From Vibrio vulnificus CMCP6 (lineage in GTDB: Bacteria; Pseudomonadota; Gammaproteobacteria; Enterobacterales; Vibrionaceae), in contig NC_004459.3 of NCBI RefSeq assembly GCF_000039765.1, positions 2,391,127-2,423,126 of the forward strand: a DNA stretch of 32,000 bases, read 5' to 3'. A program made the translations under genes and the position numbers. Position 1 is the first letter of the stretch. Each line of letters starts with the position of its first letter. A model generated the notes under the pieces. It was not told the DNA's origin, made no database searches, and was given only the letters and a program-made list of their open reading frames with translations. This document shows positions 9,718 through 21,713 of this stretch, one piece after another.

Positions 9718-10536
9718 ATGAAAAGACTCAGCATACAAAAACTCAATACGATGGCGATTGTGGCGGCTTTGTTTACTGCACTATCTGCTGCACTGGGAGT
9801 CACGCCAGCAATGGCCAATGATCAAGCCAAAGGACTAGAAATCGCCAAGGAGCGCAAGCAGCGTGACCTTGGTTGGGGGGACTCGGTCGCGACCATGGAA
9901 ATGCTCCTCAAAAATGCACAAGGCGAAAGTAGCCTTCGTTTGATGCGTTTGAAGTCGCTGGAGGTCGAAGCCGATGGTGACAAAGGGCTTACCATTTTCG
10001 ATGAGCCAAGAGACGTTCAAGGTACGGCGTTTCTCAACCATTCGCACATCAGCGATGCGGACGATCAGTGGCTTTATTTACCTGCGCTTAAACGGGTGAA
10101 ACGCATTTCGTCACGCAATAAATCCGGCCCTTTTATGGGCAGTGAGTTTGCCTATGAAGATCTCAGCTCGTTCGAGCTGGAAAAATACCGTTTTGCTTAT
10201 TTGGGTGATGAATCGATAGATGGAGAAAACGCATTTGTTATCGAACAAGTGCCAACGGATGAAAACTCGGGCTATACGCGCCAACTGGTTTGGCTGGATC
10301 AGCAACATTATCGTCCTTTGAAGATGGAGTTTTATGATCGCAAAAATGCGTTACTCAAAACCCTCGTATTTAATGAGTACCAGCAATACCTCAATCAATA
10401 CTGGCGAGCCCATAAGATGACGATGGTGAATCATCAAACGGGCAAGAGTACAGAACTGACGACCAATGCAATGGCGTTTCGAACAGGCTTAACGGAAAGC
10501 GATTTCGAGCAAAACGTGCTGAAACGCATCAAGTAA
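9718..10536 (+). CDS. Outer membrane lipoprotein-sorting (LolA-like, COG2834) periplasmic protein, 272 aa
   Basis: Signal peptide ending TPAMA; body RDLGWGDSVATMEMLLKNAQGESSLRLMRLKSLE...DQWLYLPALKRVKRISSRNKSGPFMGSEF typical of the COG2834 family. ORF track start 9628 is probably too long; ATG at 9718 precedes the signal peptide. Confidence 0.8.
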   Translation: MKRLSIQKLNTMAIVAALFTALSAALGVTPAMANDQAKGLEIAKERKQRDLGWGDSVATMEMLLKNAQGESSLRLMRLKSLEVEADGDKGLTIFDEPRDVQGTAFLNHSHISDADDQWLYLPALKRVKRISSRNKSGPFMGSEFAYEDLSSFELEKYRFAYLGDESIDGENAFVIEQVPTDENSGYTRQLVWLDQQHYRPLKMEFYDRKNALLKTLVFNEYQQYLNQYWRAHKMTMVNHQTGKSTELTTNAMAFRTGLTESDFEQNVLKRIK

Positions 10537-10548
10537 TGGGATCGATAC

Positions 10549-11733
10549 ATGAAGAAAACCATCGTTAAGGGAGGCCAGTTGCTGGCCTCAACGCTGCTTG
10601 TCACCGCAGCGTTACCGTGTTTTGGCATTGAGCTTTCGGGCAGCGCAAGTCTTGAACATAGGCAGTTCTTTTCATCAGGGCTACAAGGTCAAGACAGAGG
10701 CCAAAGTTCCTTGGTATTCGAGCCTGAATTTTATTGGCAGCAAAGTGAGGGTAATGGCCGTTTTACTTTTATCCCGTTTTATCGTTGGGATGCGGTGGAT
10801 GAAGAGCGCTCTCATGGCGATATACGCGAAGCACTCTACCTCAATTATTGGGGAGATTACGAGTTGCGAGCGGGCATCGGCAAAGTGTTTTGGGGGGTAA
10901 CGGAATCGGCGCATTTAGTGGATGTGATTAACCAGACCGATGCGGTTGAATCGGTGGATGGTGAAGCCAAACTAGGACAGCCGATGGTGCATGTGACGGT
11001 CGTAAAAGAGTGGGGAACAACAGATTGGTTTGTGCTGCCGTATTTTCGTGAGCGAACGTTTTCAGGCGAAGAGGGCAGGTTAAGGCCTAATCCGCCCATT
11101 TCTCAAGATGCGTTATATCAATCTTCGCAAGCGGAGAAACACACCGATTTTGCCTTTCGATATAGCAAAATGCTTGGAGATTGGGATGTCGGAGTCAGCT
11201 ATTTTAAAGGCACCAATCGTGATCCCTACTATCGTTTGGATGGGGGAGAGATAAAACCGTACTACGCACAAATGTCTCAAGTTGGCATTGATATCCAGGG
11301 TATTGTCGGCGATTGGCTGTGGAAGCTTGAGAGCATTTACCGAGACAGTGACGATCACCACACCGGTGTTGTGACCGGTTTTGAATACACATGGGTAGGC
11401 GTGTTGGACTCCGTCGTTGATATCGGCTTTATTGCGGAATACTTGTATGACAGCCGAGGAAACAATGCTCAGACGATAGGGCAAAATGACGCTTTTGCAG
11501 GGCTACGTTTTGCCTTTAATGATGAGGATGGCACCGAACTCTTAATGGGTATAACTCAAGATCTTGATAATAGTGACGTATACAACGCCAAGCTCGAAGC
11601 GAGTAGCCGAGTTAACAATCAGCTCAAGTGGCGTATCGATGCATGGCTGTTTGAAAATGAAACCCCGAATGACCTGCTATACTTTGGTCGTAAAGATGAC
11701 TTTATTGAACTTGGCCTAGATTATTATTTCTAA
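10549..11733 (+). CDS. DUF1302-like outer-membrane beta-barrel protein, 394 aa
   Basis: Signal peptide (MKKTIVKGGQLLASTLLVTAALPCFG), amphipathic strand pattern, C-terminal DDFIELGLDYYF; 12 nt downstream of the LolA-like gene. Confidence 0.7.
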   Translation: MKKTIVKGGQLLASTLLVTAALPCFGIELSGSASLEHRQFFSSGLQGQDRGQSSLVFEPEFYWQQSEGNGRFTFIPFYRWDAVDEERSHGDIREALYLNYWGDYELRAGIGKVFWGVTESAHLVDVINQTDAVESVDGEAKLGQPMVHVTVVKEWGTTDWFVLPYFRERTFSGEEGRLRPNPPISQDALYQSSQAEKHTDFAFRYSKMLGDWDVGVSYFKGTNRDPYYRLDGGEIKPYYAQMSQVGIDIQGIVGDWLWKLESIYRDSDDHHTGVVTGFEYTWVGVLDSVVDIGFIAEYLYDSRGNNAQTIGQNDAFAGLRFAFNDEDGTELLMGITQDLDNSDVYNAKLEASSRVNNQLKWRIDAWLFENETPNDLLYFGRKDDFIELGLDYYF

Positions 11734-11915
11734 AGATAACTATCTGATTTTATTAATTAGATTTCCCTTATCTATTGAGGTGGGCTATTGATTTGAGTTT
11801 TGTGATATCGGTTCAAATTAGATCTACCTCATTTTTTCAACATTTCTATAAAGCTCTTTCGCTGTATTCACTATAAAATCCCTTAAAAATGAGTGGATTT
11901 AGAGTGTTCGGTTAG

Positions 11916-13272
<1,357 letters not shown>

Positions 13273-13275
13273 TAA

Positions 13276-14376
<1,101 letters not shown>

Positions 14377-14394
14377 TCCAGAGGTTTAAGCACA

Positions 14395-16782
14395 ATGAAA
14401 TTCAGCGAATCTTGGCTTCGTGAGTGGGTAAACCCTGCGGTTACTACTGACGAGCTTACTCACCAAATCACTATGGCTGGTCTAGAGGTAGACGATGTTC
14501 TTCCTGTGGCGGGCACTTTTAACGGTGTTAAAGTTGGTCACGTTGTGGAATGTGGTCAACATCCAGATGCAGACAAACTACGTGTCACCAAAGTCGATGT
14601 TGGTGAAGAAGAGCTTTTGGACATCGTTTGTGGTGCAGCGAACTGTCGTCAAGGCCTGAAAGTGGCTGTGGCAACCGTGGGTGCTGTGCTACCAGGTGAT
14701 TTCAAAATTAAGAAAGCGAAACTACGTGGTCAGCCTTCACACGGCATGCTTTGTTCATTCACAGAGCTAGGCATCGATGTGGAATCGGATGGTATCATGG
14801 AACTGGCTATCGACGCACCAATCGGTATGGACTTCCGTGATTTCCTAGCACTGAATGATGTGACCGTAGACGTTGATTTGACGTCTAACCGTGCTGACTG
14901 TTTCAGCATTCGCGGTATGGCGCGTGAAGTGGGTGTACTCAACCGTGCTGACGTCACTGAGCCTTCTGTTGCTCCTGTTGCGCCTTCTATTGATGACACC
15001 GTTGCGATTGAAGTGAAAGCGCCAGCCGCGTGTCCACGTTACCTTGGTCGCGTGGTGAAGAACGTTAACGTTCAAGCGAAAACACCGCTATGGATGCAAG
15101 AAAAACTGCGTCGCTGTGGCATTCGTTCAATCGATCCAGTGGTTGATATCACAAACTTTGTTCTTCTAGAACAAGGCCAGCCAATGCACGCCTTCGATCT
15201 AGCGAAGATCGACGGTGGTATCGTGGTTCGTTTGGCAGAGCAGGGCGAGAAAATCACCCTTCTTGATGGCAGCGAAGCAGAATTGAATGCCGATACATTG
15301 GTGGTTGCAGACCACAACAAAGCACTGGCGATCGCGGGTATCTTTGGTGGTGAAGAGTCTGGTGTAACCTCTGAAACCAAAGATGTGCTACTTGAGTGTG
15401 CTTTCTTTGCACCTGACCACATTCGTGGCCGCGCTCGTAGCTACGGTCTACATACGGATTCTTCAATGCGTTTCGAGCGTGGTGTGGATTACGCACTGCA
15501 AGTGAGCGCAATGGAGCGTGCAACCGCACTGCTTGTTGAAATCTGTGGTGGTGAAGTTGCGCCTGTTGTGGCGGTAGAATCTGAAGCGGAATTACCTAAG
15601 CCAAACAAAGTCGCACTGCGCCGCACGAAACTGGATAACCTCCTAGGCCATCACATTGCAGACAGCGACGTGGTTGAGATCCTAGAGCGTCTGGGTATGA
15701 CGGTAGAAACGACCGCAGAAGGTTGGGTTGCTGTGGCACCAACATGGCGTTTCGATATCGCGATTGAGCAGGATTTGGTGGAAGAAGTTGGCCGTATTTA
15801 CGGTTACGACAACATTCCAAACCAAAACCCAGCAGCCGCACTGAAAATGCACGATCACCAAGAGGCGAACATCCCTCTTAAACGTGTTCGCGATCTGCTT
15901 GTTGACCGTGGTTACCACGAAGCGATCACTTACAGCTTTGTTGAACCTGAACAACAGAAATTGGTTGTTCCAGGTGTTGATGCGCTGATCCTGCCAAACC
16001 CAATTTCTGCAGAAATGTCAGCAATGCGTCTTGGCTTGATTCAAGGTTTGCTAAACACTGTGGTTCATAACCAGAAGCGTCAGCAACCACGTGTTCGTCT
16101 ATTTGAATACGGCTTGCGTTTCATCCCATGTGACACGGCTGAAAACGGCATGCGCCAAGAGCCAATGCTGGCTGGTGTTATCGCAGGTACTCGCAGTGAA
16201 GAACATTGGAACATCGATACCAACACGGTTGATTTCTTTGATCTTAAAGGCGATGTGGAAGCGATTCTTGAGCTTTCTGCAAACGACAAAGCATACAGCT
16301 TCGTTGCAGCAAAACATCCAGCACTTCACCCAGGTCAGTCAGCGGCTATTGTTGTTGATGGTAAAGAAATCGGTGTGATTGGTACGGTTCACCCTGAGCT
16401 AGAACGCAAGTTTGGTCTAAATGGTCGCACAATTGTGTTTGAGATCGAATGGTCTGCAATCAATCGTAAAGTGATCCCTGAAGCGGTGGCATTGTCTAAG
16501 TTCCCTGCAAACCGTCGTGATATCGCGGTTGTTGTTGATGAAGCGGTTGCTTCTGGTGACATCGTTAACGCGTGTCTAGAAGTGGGCGGCGAGTTCCTTA
16601 AAGCGGCAAAACTGTTTGACGTTTACGTAGGTAAAGGCGTTGAAGAAGGCAAGAAGAGCCTTGCAATCGCTTTGACTCTACAGTCTAACGAGCGCACGTT
16701 GGAAGATGCCGATATCGCAGGCGCGGTAGATGCCATCGTGACACATGTGTCTGAGAAGTTTGGCGCGTCACTGCGCGACTAA
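14395..16782 (+). CDS. pheT: Phenylalanine--tRNA ligase beta subunit, 795 aa
   Basis: N-terminal tRNA-binding domain, B5 domain, C-terminal anticodon-binding FDX-ACB domain ([18 protein letters not shown]...); 18 nt after pheS. Confidence 0.98.
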   Translation: MKFSESWLREWVNPAVTTDELTHQITMAGLEVDDVLPVAGTFNGVKVGHVVECGQHPDADKLRVTKVDVGEEELLDIVCGAANCRQGLKVAVATVGAVLPGDFKIKKAKLRGQPSHGMLCSFTELGIDVESDGIMELAIDAPIGMDFRDFLALNDVTVDVDLTSNRADCFSIRGMAREVGVLNRADVTEPSVAPVAPSIDDTVAIEVKAPAACPRYLGRVVKNVNVQAKTPLWMQEKLRRCGIRSIDPVVDITNFVLLEQGQPMHAFDLAKIDGGIVVRLAEQGEKITLLDGSEAELNADTLVVADHNKALAIAGIFGGEESGVTSETKDVLLECAFFAPDHIRGRARSYGLHTDSSMRFERGVDYALQVSAMERATALLVEICGGEVAPVVAVESEAELPKPNKVALRRTKLDNLLGHHIADSDVVEILERLGMTVETTAEGWVAVAPTWRFDIAIEQDLVEEVGRIYGYDNIPNQNPAAALKMHDHQEANIPLKRVRDLLVDRGYHEAITYSFVEPEQQKLVVPGVDALILPNPISAEMSAMRLGLIQGLLNTVVHNQKRQQPRVRLFEYGLRFIPCDTAENGMRQEPMLAGVIAGTRSEEHWNIDTNTVDFFDLKGDVEAILELSANDKAYSFVAAKHPALHPGQSAAIVVDGKEIGVIGTVHPELERKFGLNGRTIVFEIEWSAINRKVIPEAVALSKFPANRRDIAVVVDEAVASGDIVNACLEVGGEFLKAAKLFDVYVGKGVEEGKKSLAIALTLQSNERTLEDADIAGAVDAIVTHVSEKFGASLRD

Positions 16783-16800
16783 TCTCAAACATAGAAGACA

Positions 16801-16828
16801 AAAAACCTGCCAGTTGGCAGGTTTTTTT
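16801..16828. terminator. Bidirectional rho-independent terminator between pheT and pncB
   Basis: AAAAACCTGCCA-GT-TGGCAGGTTTTTTT. Confidence 0.9.
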
Positions 16829-16884
16829 GTGTCTGTCGTTAATCGCCACGAAAGGCGCCATGAGAGGACAGGGGCTAATTTGTT

Positions 16885-18198
16885 TTAAGCGACGCTTTGA
16901 ATGCGCTTTTTCTGCTGACGTTTCATCTGCTTTAGCGTTTCGATCGCTTTATCAAGGTCCACTTCTAAGCCAAAGCGTTGCTTGAGGTTCATCAAGAAAA
17001 AGATGTCTTCACACATGGCTTTCTCTGGCTCGTCGCTGATTTTTGCCACTGGGGAGCCATTACATTCCGCCATCTTGACCACCATTGATATCGGTTGGTA
17101 ACGGGTGCCTTTGTCATTGGTCCAATTCCCCATATCATTGGCGAGGAAAGTGCCAATGCCAAAACTTATCTGTGCGCGTCCGGCGAAATACTCGCAAATA
17201 TCAAGCGCACGCGCAAAATCCAGTCCATCGGTAAAAATCAAGGTTTTAGTGGTTGGATCGATGCCTAGACTTTCGTAATGGGCAATGATTTTATCTCCCC
17301 AAACAAATGGACTGCCGGAATCGTGTCTCACGCCTGCATAGGCAGTGGCTTTGTCTAGGTCAAAATCGCTAAGAAACGCATCAATACCGATGGTGTCGGT
17401 TAGAGCGATACCAAGACTACCATTAAACGCCTCAAGCCATTTGTCTAATGCGACACGCTGAGAGTGTTGAATAGCGACAAGCGCTTGATGTGCCATGGTC
17501 CATTCATGTGCGACCGTGCCAATTGGCGTTAAATTGAACTCTTGAGCAAGGTGATAATTACTGGTGCCTAAGAGCAGTTCTGGCACTCGTGCACGCAATA
17601 CGTCAAGCATCGTTTTTTGCGCAGCAAAGCTAAATCGGCGTCGTGTCCCCATCTCAGAGAAACGGAAATTAGTAATATTACGGCGTTTAAGTTCCGAATC
17701 TAAAAAGTCCAGTTTGTCCTCTAATACTTTGTGCAGTTGAGACTGGGGTATTTGTGCCCAATAACGACGATTGCGCAGCTCTGAGATAATACTCATCACT
17801 AAGGTTTCATAGAGAATGGTTTCGTGCCAAATGCCATTTATGGTGACTCTGAGCTGGCAGTCGCCCTGTGCGGTGCGGAAAATACCGACAGAGACTTGTT
17901 GCTGAGGGTGGAAGCGGAAGGTTTCTAAATAGGAGAGAAACTCTGCCGTTAAATAGGGCGCTTTCTCTGCCAAGTAAGCCAACTGGGCAGCATCAAAGCG
18001 AAGCTCTGCGAGGCGGTTGATTTCCTCACGAACCTCTTCCACTAAATCAGACAAGTTATCATCAGAGCGAACGATCAGTTCGTAGCGCACTTGTGTTTGA
18101 GGATAAAATCGATACGCGGCTTGCATCATATTGATTTTATACACATCTAAATCAAGAACACTTTGAATAATGGCTGGTTGAAAAAGTGGCGCGCACAT
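16885..18198 (-). CDS. pncB: Nicotinate phosphoribosyltransferase, 437 aa
   Basis: LDLDVYKINMMQAAYRFYPQ, GIGTFLANDMGN, ISDEPEKAMCED motifs typical of bacterial NAPRTase. Confidence 0.95.
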   Translation of the reverse strand: MCAPLFQPAIIQSVLDLDVYKINMMQAAYRFYPQTQVRYELIVRSDDNLSDLVEEVREEINRLAELRFDAAQLAYLAEKAPYLTAEFLSYLETFRFHPQQQVSVGIFRTAQGDCQLRVTINGIWHETILYETLVMSIISELRNRRYWAQIPQSQLHKVLEDKLDFLDSELKRRNITNFRFSEMGTRRRFSFAAQKTMLDVLRARVPELLLGTSNYHLAQEFNLTPIGTVAHEWTMAHQALVAIQHSQRVALDKWLEAFNGSLGIALTDTIGIDAFLSDFDLDKATAYAGVRHDSGSPFVWGDKIIAHYESLGIDPTTKTLIFTDGLDFARALDICEYFAGRAQISFGIGTFLANDMGNWTNDKGTRYQPISMVVKMAECNGSPVAKISDEPEKAMCEDIFFLMNLKQRFGLEVDLDKAIETLKQMKRQQKKRIQSVA

Positions 18199-18226
18199 GT
18201 GTCTGTTTTCACCCTGTTTAGGTTAA

Positions 18227-18239
18227 GAACATTTTGTTC
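18227..18239. promoter_or_regulatory. Palindromic operator candidate upstream of pncB
   Basis: GAACATTTTGTTC, 28 bp upstream of the pncB start codon. Confidence 0.4.
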
Positions 18240-18393
18240 GTTAATGTGCTGAACTCTAAATGAGAGAGTATGGTTTGTCAATTTTTGTTACTAACATCCA
18301 ATGCTCTGGCGAGGGATGTGCCGGGCTAATTTGATTCTTATGTTTGACGGATGAGGCGTGCCTGGAATTGAATGATTAGGTATAAATCAAAGT

Positions 18394-18430
18394 TAGGAAC
18401 AAAAGTGTACTTTCCTATTGACCCTATAGG
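18394..18430. promoter_or_regulatory. Overlapping inverted repeats upstream of the NrtR-like gene
   Basis: TAGGAA-N12-TTCCTA (18394-18417) and CCTAT-N7-ATAGG (18414-18430). Confidence 0.35.
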
Positions 18431-18476
18431 ATCGTCTCAGTATTGTAGTGCCAGTTTGATATTTAAGAGTTGCCGT

Positions 18477-19190
18477 ATGATTGTTACGATTGACATGATT
18501 TGCCTGAAGCTAGGTGAGAAAGGGCTGGAAGTTCTGCTGATTAAGCGCACCAATCCTGAGAGACCACAGCATGGCATGTGGTCTATTCCGGGAGGATTTG
18601 TGTTTGAACACGATTTATCCCAAGAGGGAGGACAACCCGCTGACGCTGATTTTGATTCTGCGCGACGTCGTATCTGTCGGCAAAAAATTCATACCTATCC
18701 TCACTACATCAGTGAGCCGATGGTGGATGGTAACCCAAAACGCGATCCTCATGGTTGGAGCGTGACCATCGCCCACTATGCACTACTTAATCAAACCAAT
18801 ATCGAACAAATTCAAAACTGTGGTTTGTGTGATCAACAATTGGCTTGGTTCGCGCTTGAGTCGGTGCTGCAAGGGGAAGTTGCGTTGGCCTTTGACCATG
18901 CCGATTTAATTCGCCTCGCATGGACCAAGTTGCGTGCCGCGATCGAATACACATCGGTGGTCTTGTTTGCACTCGAAAAAGAGTTTCTCGTTTCTGACAT
19001 CATTCACGCCTACGCCAAGTTTGGTGTGGATGTGAACCGCATGACGATCAAGCGACGTTTGATCGACACCGGTGTGATCGTGAGCGCGAATAAAATTGCC
19101 TCGACCAACAAAGGGAAGGGAGGCAAACCCGCTCAGGTCTATAGCTTAGCGGATAAACACGTAACCTATTTTCAAACTTGCTTGCGTTAA
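18477..19190 (+). CDS. nrtR: NrtR-like NUDIX-domain transcriptional regulator of NAD metabolism
   Basis: N-terminal NUDIX-like domain (RTNPERPQHGMWSIPGGFV...) plus C-terminal winged-helix region (NRMTIKRRLIDTGVIVSA), next to pncB and a nicotinamidase gene. ORF opens at 18372, but the family-like N-terminus starts at MIVTIDMICLKLG (18477). Confidence 0.8.
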   Translation: MIVTIDMICLKLGEKGLEVLLIKRTNPERPQHGMWSIPGGFVFEHDLSQEGGQPADADFDSARRRICRQKIHTYPHYISEPMVDGNPKRDPHGWSVTIAHYALLNQTNIEQIQNCGLCDQQLAWFALESVLQGEVALAFDHADLIRLAWTKLRAAIEYTSVVLFALEKEFLVSDIIHAYAKFGVDVNRMTIKRRLIDTGVIVSANKIASTNKGKGGKPAQVYSLADKHVTYFQTCLR

Positions 19191-19202
19191 AGGGAGTTAA
19201 AC

Positions 19203-19847
19203 ATGGTAGATATCTTTAAAAATCGCACAGCGTCGTTAGACGTGGATCCGCAACAAGGGTTTAGTGAGTTATGCCCCAATGAACTTCCTGTCTCCGGTGC
19301 GTTAGAGATTGTTGAAGCGTTAAAGCAGAATCATACAAAAGCAAAGCTGAAGTTAGTGTCGCGCGATATGCATCCTCCGGGAGCTGCGTGGGAAGCTGAA
19401 ACGCCTGCAAACATGTTAGAGCCGGTTGGCCTTCCGGAAGTGGATATTAAATGGAATCCACATTGTATTGTCGGTACGCAAGGTGTCGAATTGCTTCCGG
19501 GCTTACCCGCTATTCGAGAGTACGATTTCCAAATGAACAAAGGTATTGATCCCGATGCCCACCCATACGGGGCGTTTTATCATGACCAAGCCGATACGCT
19601 ATCGACAGGGGGAATTGAGTTCCTTCGTGCCCACAGAATAGATACTGTGCTTGTGGGTGGATTGGCGTTGGACTTTTGCGTGAAAAAATCCATTGAACAG
19701 CTTGTCGCCGCAGACTTTAAGGTGATTCTAAATTTGGCGTCAACTCGCGCAGTGTTTCCAGAAAATAACCCTCAGGTGGTGAGCCACCTGACGGCGCTTG
19801 GCGTCATCTGCATCGACGATGTGAATCAACTACAACTGCACGAGTGA
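19203..19847 (+). CDS. pncA: Nicotinamidase / isochorismatase-family hydrolase, 214 aa
   Basis: SLDVDPQQGF, VSRDMHPPG..., DTVLVGGLALDFCVKKS (catalytic Cys region of nicotinamidase); 12 nt after the NrtR-like gene. Confidence 0.85.
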   Translation: MVDIFKNRTASLDVDPQQGFSELCPNELPVSGALEIVEALKQNHTKAKLKLVSRDMHPPGAAWEAETPANMLEPVGLPEVDIKWNPHCIVGTQGVELLPGLPAIREYDFQMNKGIDPDAHPYGAFYHDQADTLSTGGIEFLRAHRIDTVLVGGLALDFCVKKSIEQLVAADFKVILNLASTRAVFPENNPQVVSHLTALGVICIDDVNQLQLHE

Positions 19848-20262
19848 AGCAGGACTATTTTTGAAACAAATCGCTAGGGTGTTATCCTAATTATGTGCAT
19901 GTTATTGCGGTTGCAACTTACTGATAAAACGGAAAGTTTTGTCAGGGTGGTGAAAAAACATGCGATAGCTAACGAAAATATCAAATAGATAAAAATTTCG
20001 TAATTTTGCTTTGATTTGGTTTTTTAATCTTTATAAGTGTTTGCTTTATTACATTTTTTGTTGAATTGCTTCAAAAATTGACACTCTAGCGCTGCCTTTT
20101 TGAATTCAATGCGCGATTTAGATCAAATAAAAAGTTGGCGTAAATCAGAAGCTTGGCATACACTTTCCGTTGTAAGCCCGATATGTTGTTGATTGGTAGG
20201 GCAAATTGCTTTGGCGCTACCCATTGTGTAGCAAGGTATAACTTAGCTTTGAGGAAAGTTTT

Positions 20263-20550
20263 ATGGCGCTCACAAAAGCCGATTTGGCAGAGAACCTGTT
20301 TGAAAAACTAGGATTTAGTAAACGGGACGCCAAGGACACGGTTGAAGTGTTTTTTGAAGAAATTCGCAAGGCACTAGAAAATGGCGAGCAGGTAAAGCTA
20401 TCAGGTTTTGGTAACTTTGATCTACGAGATAAGAACGAGAGACCTGGTCGTAACCCTAAAACCGGTGAAGACATTCCAATTACTGCACGACGCGTTGTCA
20501 CATTCAGACCAGGCCAGAAGCTAAAAGCTCGTGTCGAAAATCTGAAATAG
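20263..20550 (+). CDS. ihfA: Integration host factor subunit alpha, 95 aa
   Basis: [88 protein letters not shown]. Confidence 0.98.
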   Translation: MALTKADLAENLFEKLGFSKRDAKDTVEVFFEEIRKALENGEQVKLSGFGNFDLRDKNERPGRNPKTGEDIPITARRVVTFRPGQKLKARVENLK

Positions 20551-20571
20551 TAATGGAACTATGAATACAGA

Positions 20572-20601
20572 AAGACCACGCATTGCGTGGTCTTCGTTTT
20601 T
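20572..20601 (+). terminator. Rho-independent terminator after ihfA
   Basis: AAGACCACGC-ATT-GCGTGGTCTT followed by CGTTTTT. Confidence 0.85.
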
Positions 20602-20614
20602 CAGCGGTATCTAA

Positions 20615-20654
20615 CTTATTTGCTTATTTGCTTATTTGCTTAAGCGCTTAAGCC
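20615..20654. repeat. 8-bp tandem repeat spanning the 3' end of relV
   Basis: CTTATTTG x3 (20615-20638) then CTTAAGCG (20639) and CTTAAGCC (20647). Confidence 0.7.
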
Positions 20655-21424
20655 GCTTCCAAGTGTGTGGTCAAATAAGGTTGCCACGCTTGTTGGTAAA
20701 GATCTTTTGAGTGGCTTCTTAGTCGTTTAATGGTCGCCAACTCGACATCATTCAGTGAACGCGTTTCACTTGCTGCTTGTCTCTCCATCATTTGAATTTG
20801 CTGATATAAATCGTGTTCAGGGCCACTTTTAACATCTGCAATGGCTTTCAAGTGCAATTGGACTTCTGCAACTAAGTTGGTCTTTGGTAGTTGTACCAGC
20901 AGGTTGAGGTCACGATACCCAGACTCACCTGGGCTCTTAAAGCGGTTTTTCACTTTGACGATGCGTGTTTCTCGCTCTAAAGCCTCGTAGGCACTAACAA
21001 GGCTTGCTACGTCGTCGGCTACAATGGTTGCTCTAGCGAGGTCAGTAATGCGTTCTGGTTGATTATTAAGTTCCAAAGCAATTTTCTGTTTCGCGCGTTG
21101 TTGTGATTTCACGCCTGCAAAATAGGGCTGAGTATCCGTCAACAGTGCGGTGCTCTTTACGATGGTTTCGAGCTCAAATTGCGCTTGGTGCGCTTTACTA
21201 TAAAGCACGTCAAAATCAGTGTAGGGTTGAAGTGGTTGCGTATCAGTGGATTGAATGCCGTATAAACCACTCAAGCTGTGTTTAAACAGTTTTGAGCACA
21301 CTTCATTTTGGCTTGTTTCGCGCTGTTTTTCTTGGTTCGATGGCGCGGTGGGAATGGCTGCAAACGCAGGTGCACGGCTTAGTACCAAAAGCATCAATGC
21401 GGTAGTACGAAGAAATAAGCTCAT
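20648..21424 (-). CDS. relV: RelA/SpoT-domain small alarmone synthetase, RelV-like, 258 aa, with apparent signal peptide
   Basis: RSH synthetase-like pattern (ITDLARATIV..., VKNRFKSPGESGYRDLNLLVQLP...LVAEVQLHL); location next to ihfA and near purT matches Vibrio relV context as recalled. Strong AAGGAG RBS before the ATG. Confidence 0.8.
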   Translation of the reverse strand: MSLFLRTTALMLLVLSRAPAFAAIPTAPSNQEKQRETSQNEVCSKLFKHSLSGLYGIQSTDTQPLQPYTDFDVLYSKAHQAQFELETIVKSTALLTDTQPYFAGVKSQQRAKQKIALELNNQPERITDLARATIVADDVASLVSAYEALERETRIVKVKNRFKSPGESGYRDLNLLVQLPKTNLVAEVQLHLKAIADVKSGPEHDLYQQIQMMERQAASETRSLNDVELATIKRLRSHSKDLYQQAWQPYLTTHLEAA

Positions 21425-21713
21425 TCACTCTCCTTAACTTGCGTTGTTTTAGTAAACGGGGAGTCAAAAGGTCTAAAACACAGTCAAGTTACTTAAGTTA
21501 TGGGGGCGCACTGTCAGGAAACAATCAAGATAAGTGTATATGTTTCTCTTATGTGCACAGTGTCACACACTGCATAATCCCCAGATTTCAGTCATACACT
21601 CTACATTCCAAGGATTAACTTAATATGAACGAAAACCACTTTTCACTGTTTTCAATGTTAATTATTGGTTAGGCTATGGCGCAGGTCAGTTCAAAAGAAA
21701 GATACAGATAACG

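Noticed and set aside
19848-20262. IHF autoregulatory sites upstream of ihfA.
   Set aside because: The AT-rich region has only mismatched matches to WATCAANNNNTTR (for example AATCAGAAGCTTG), insufficient to claim a site by eye.
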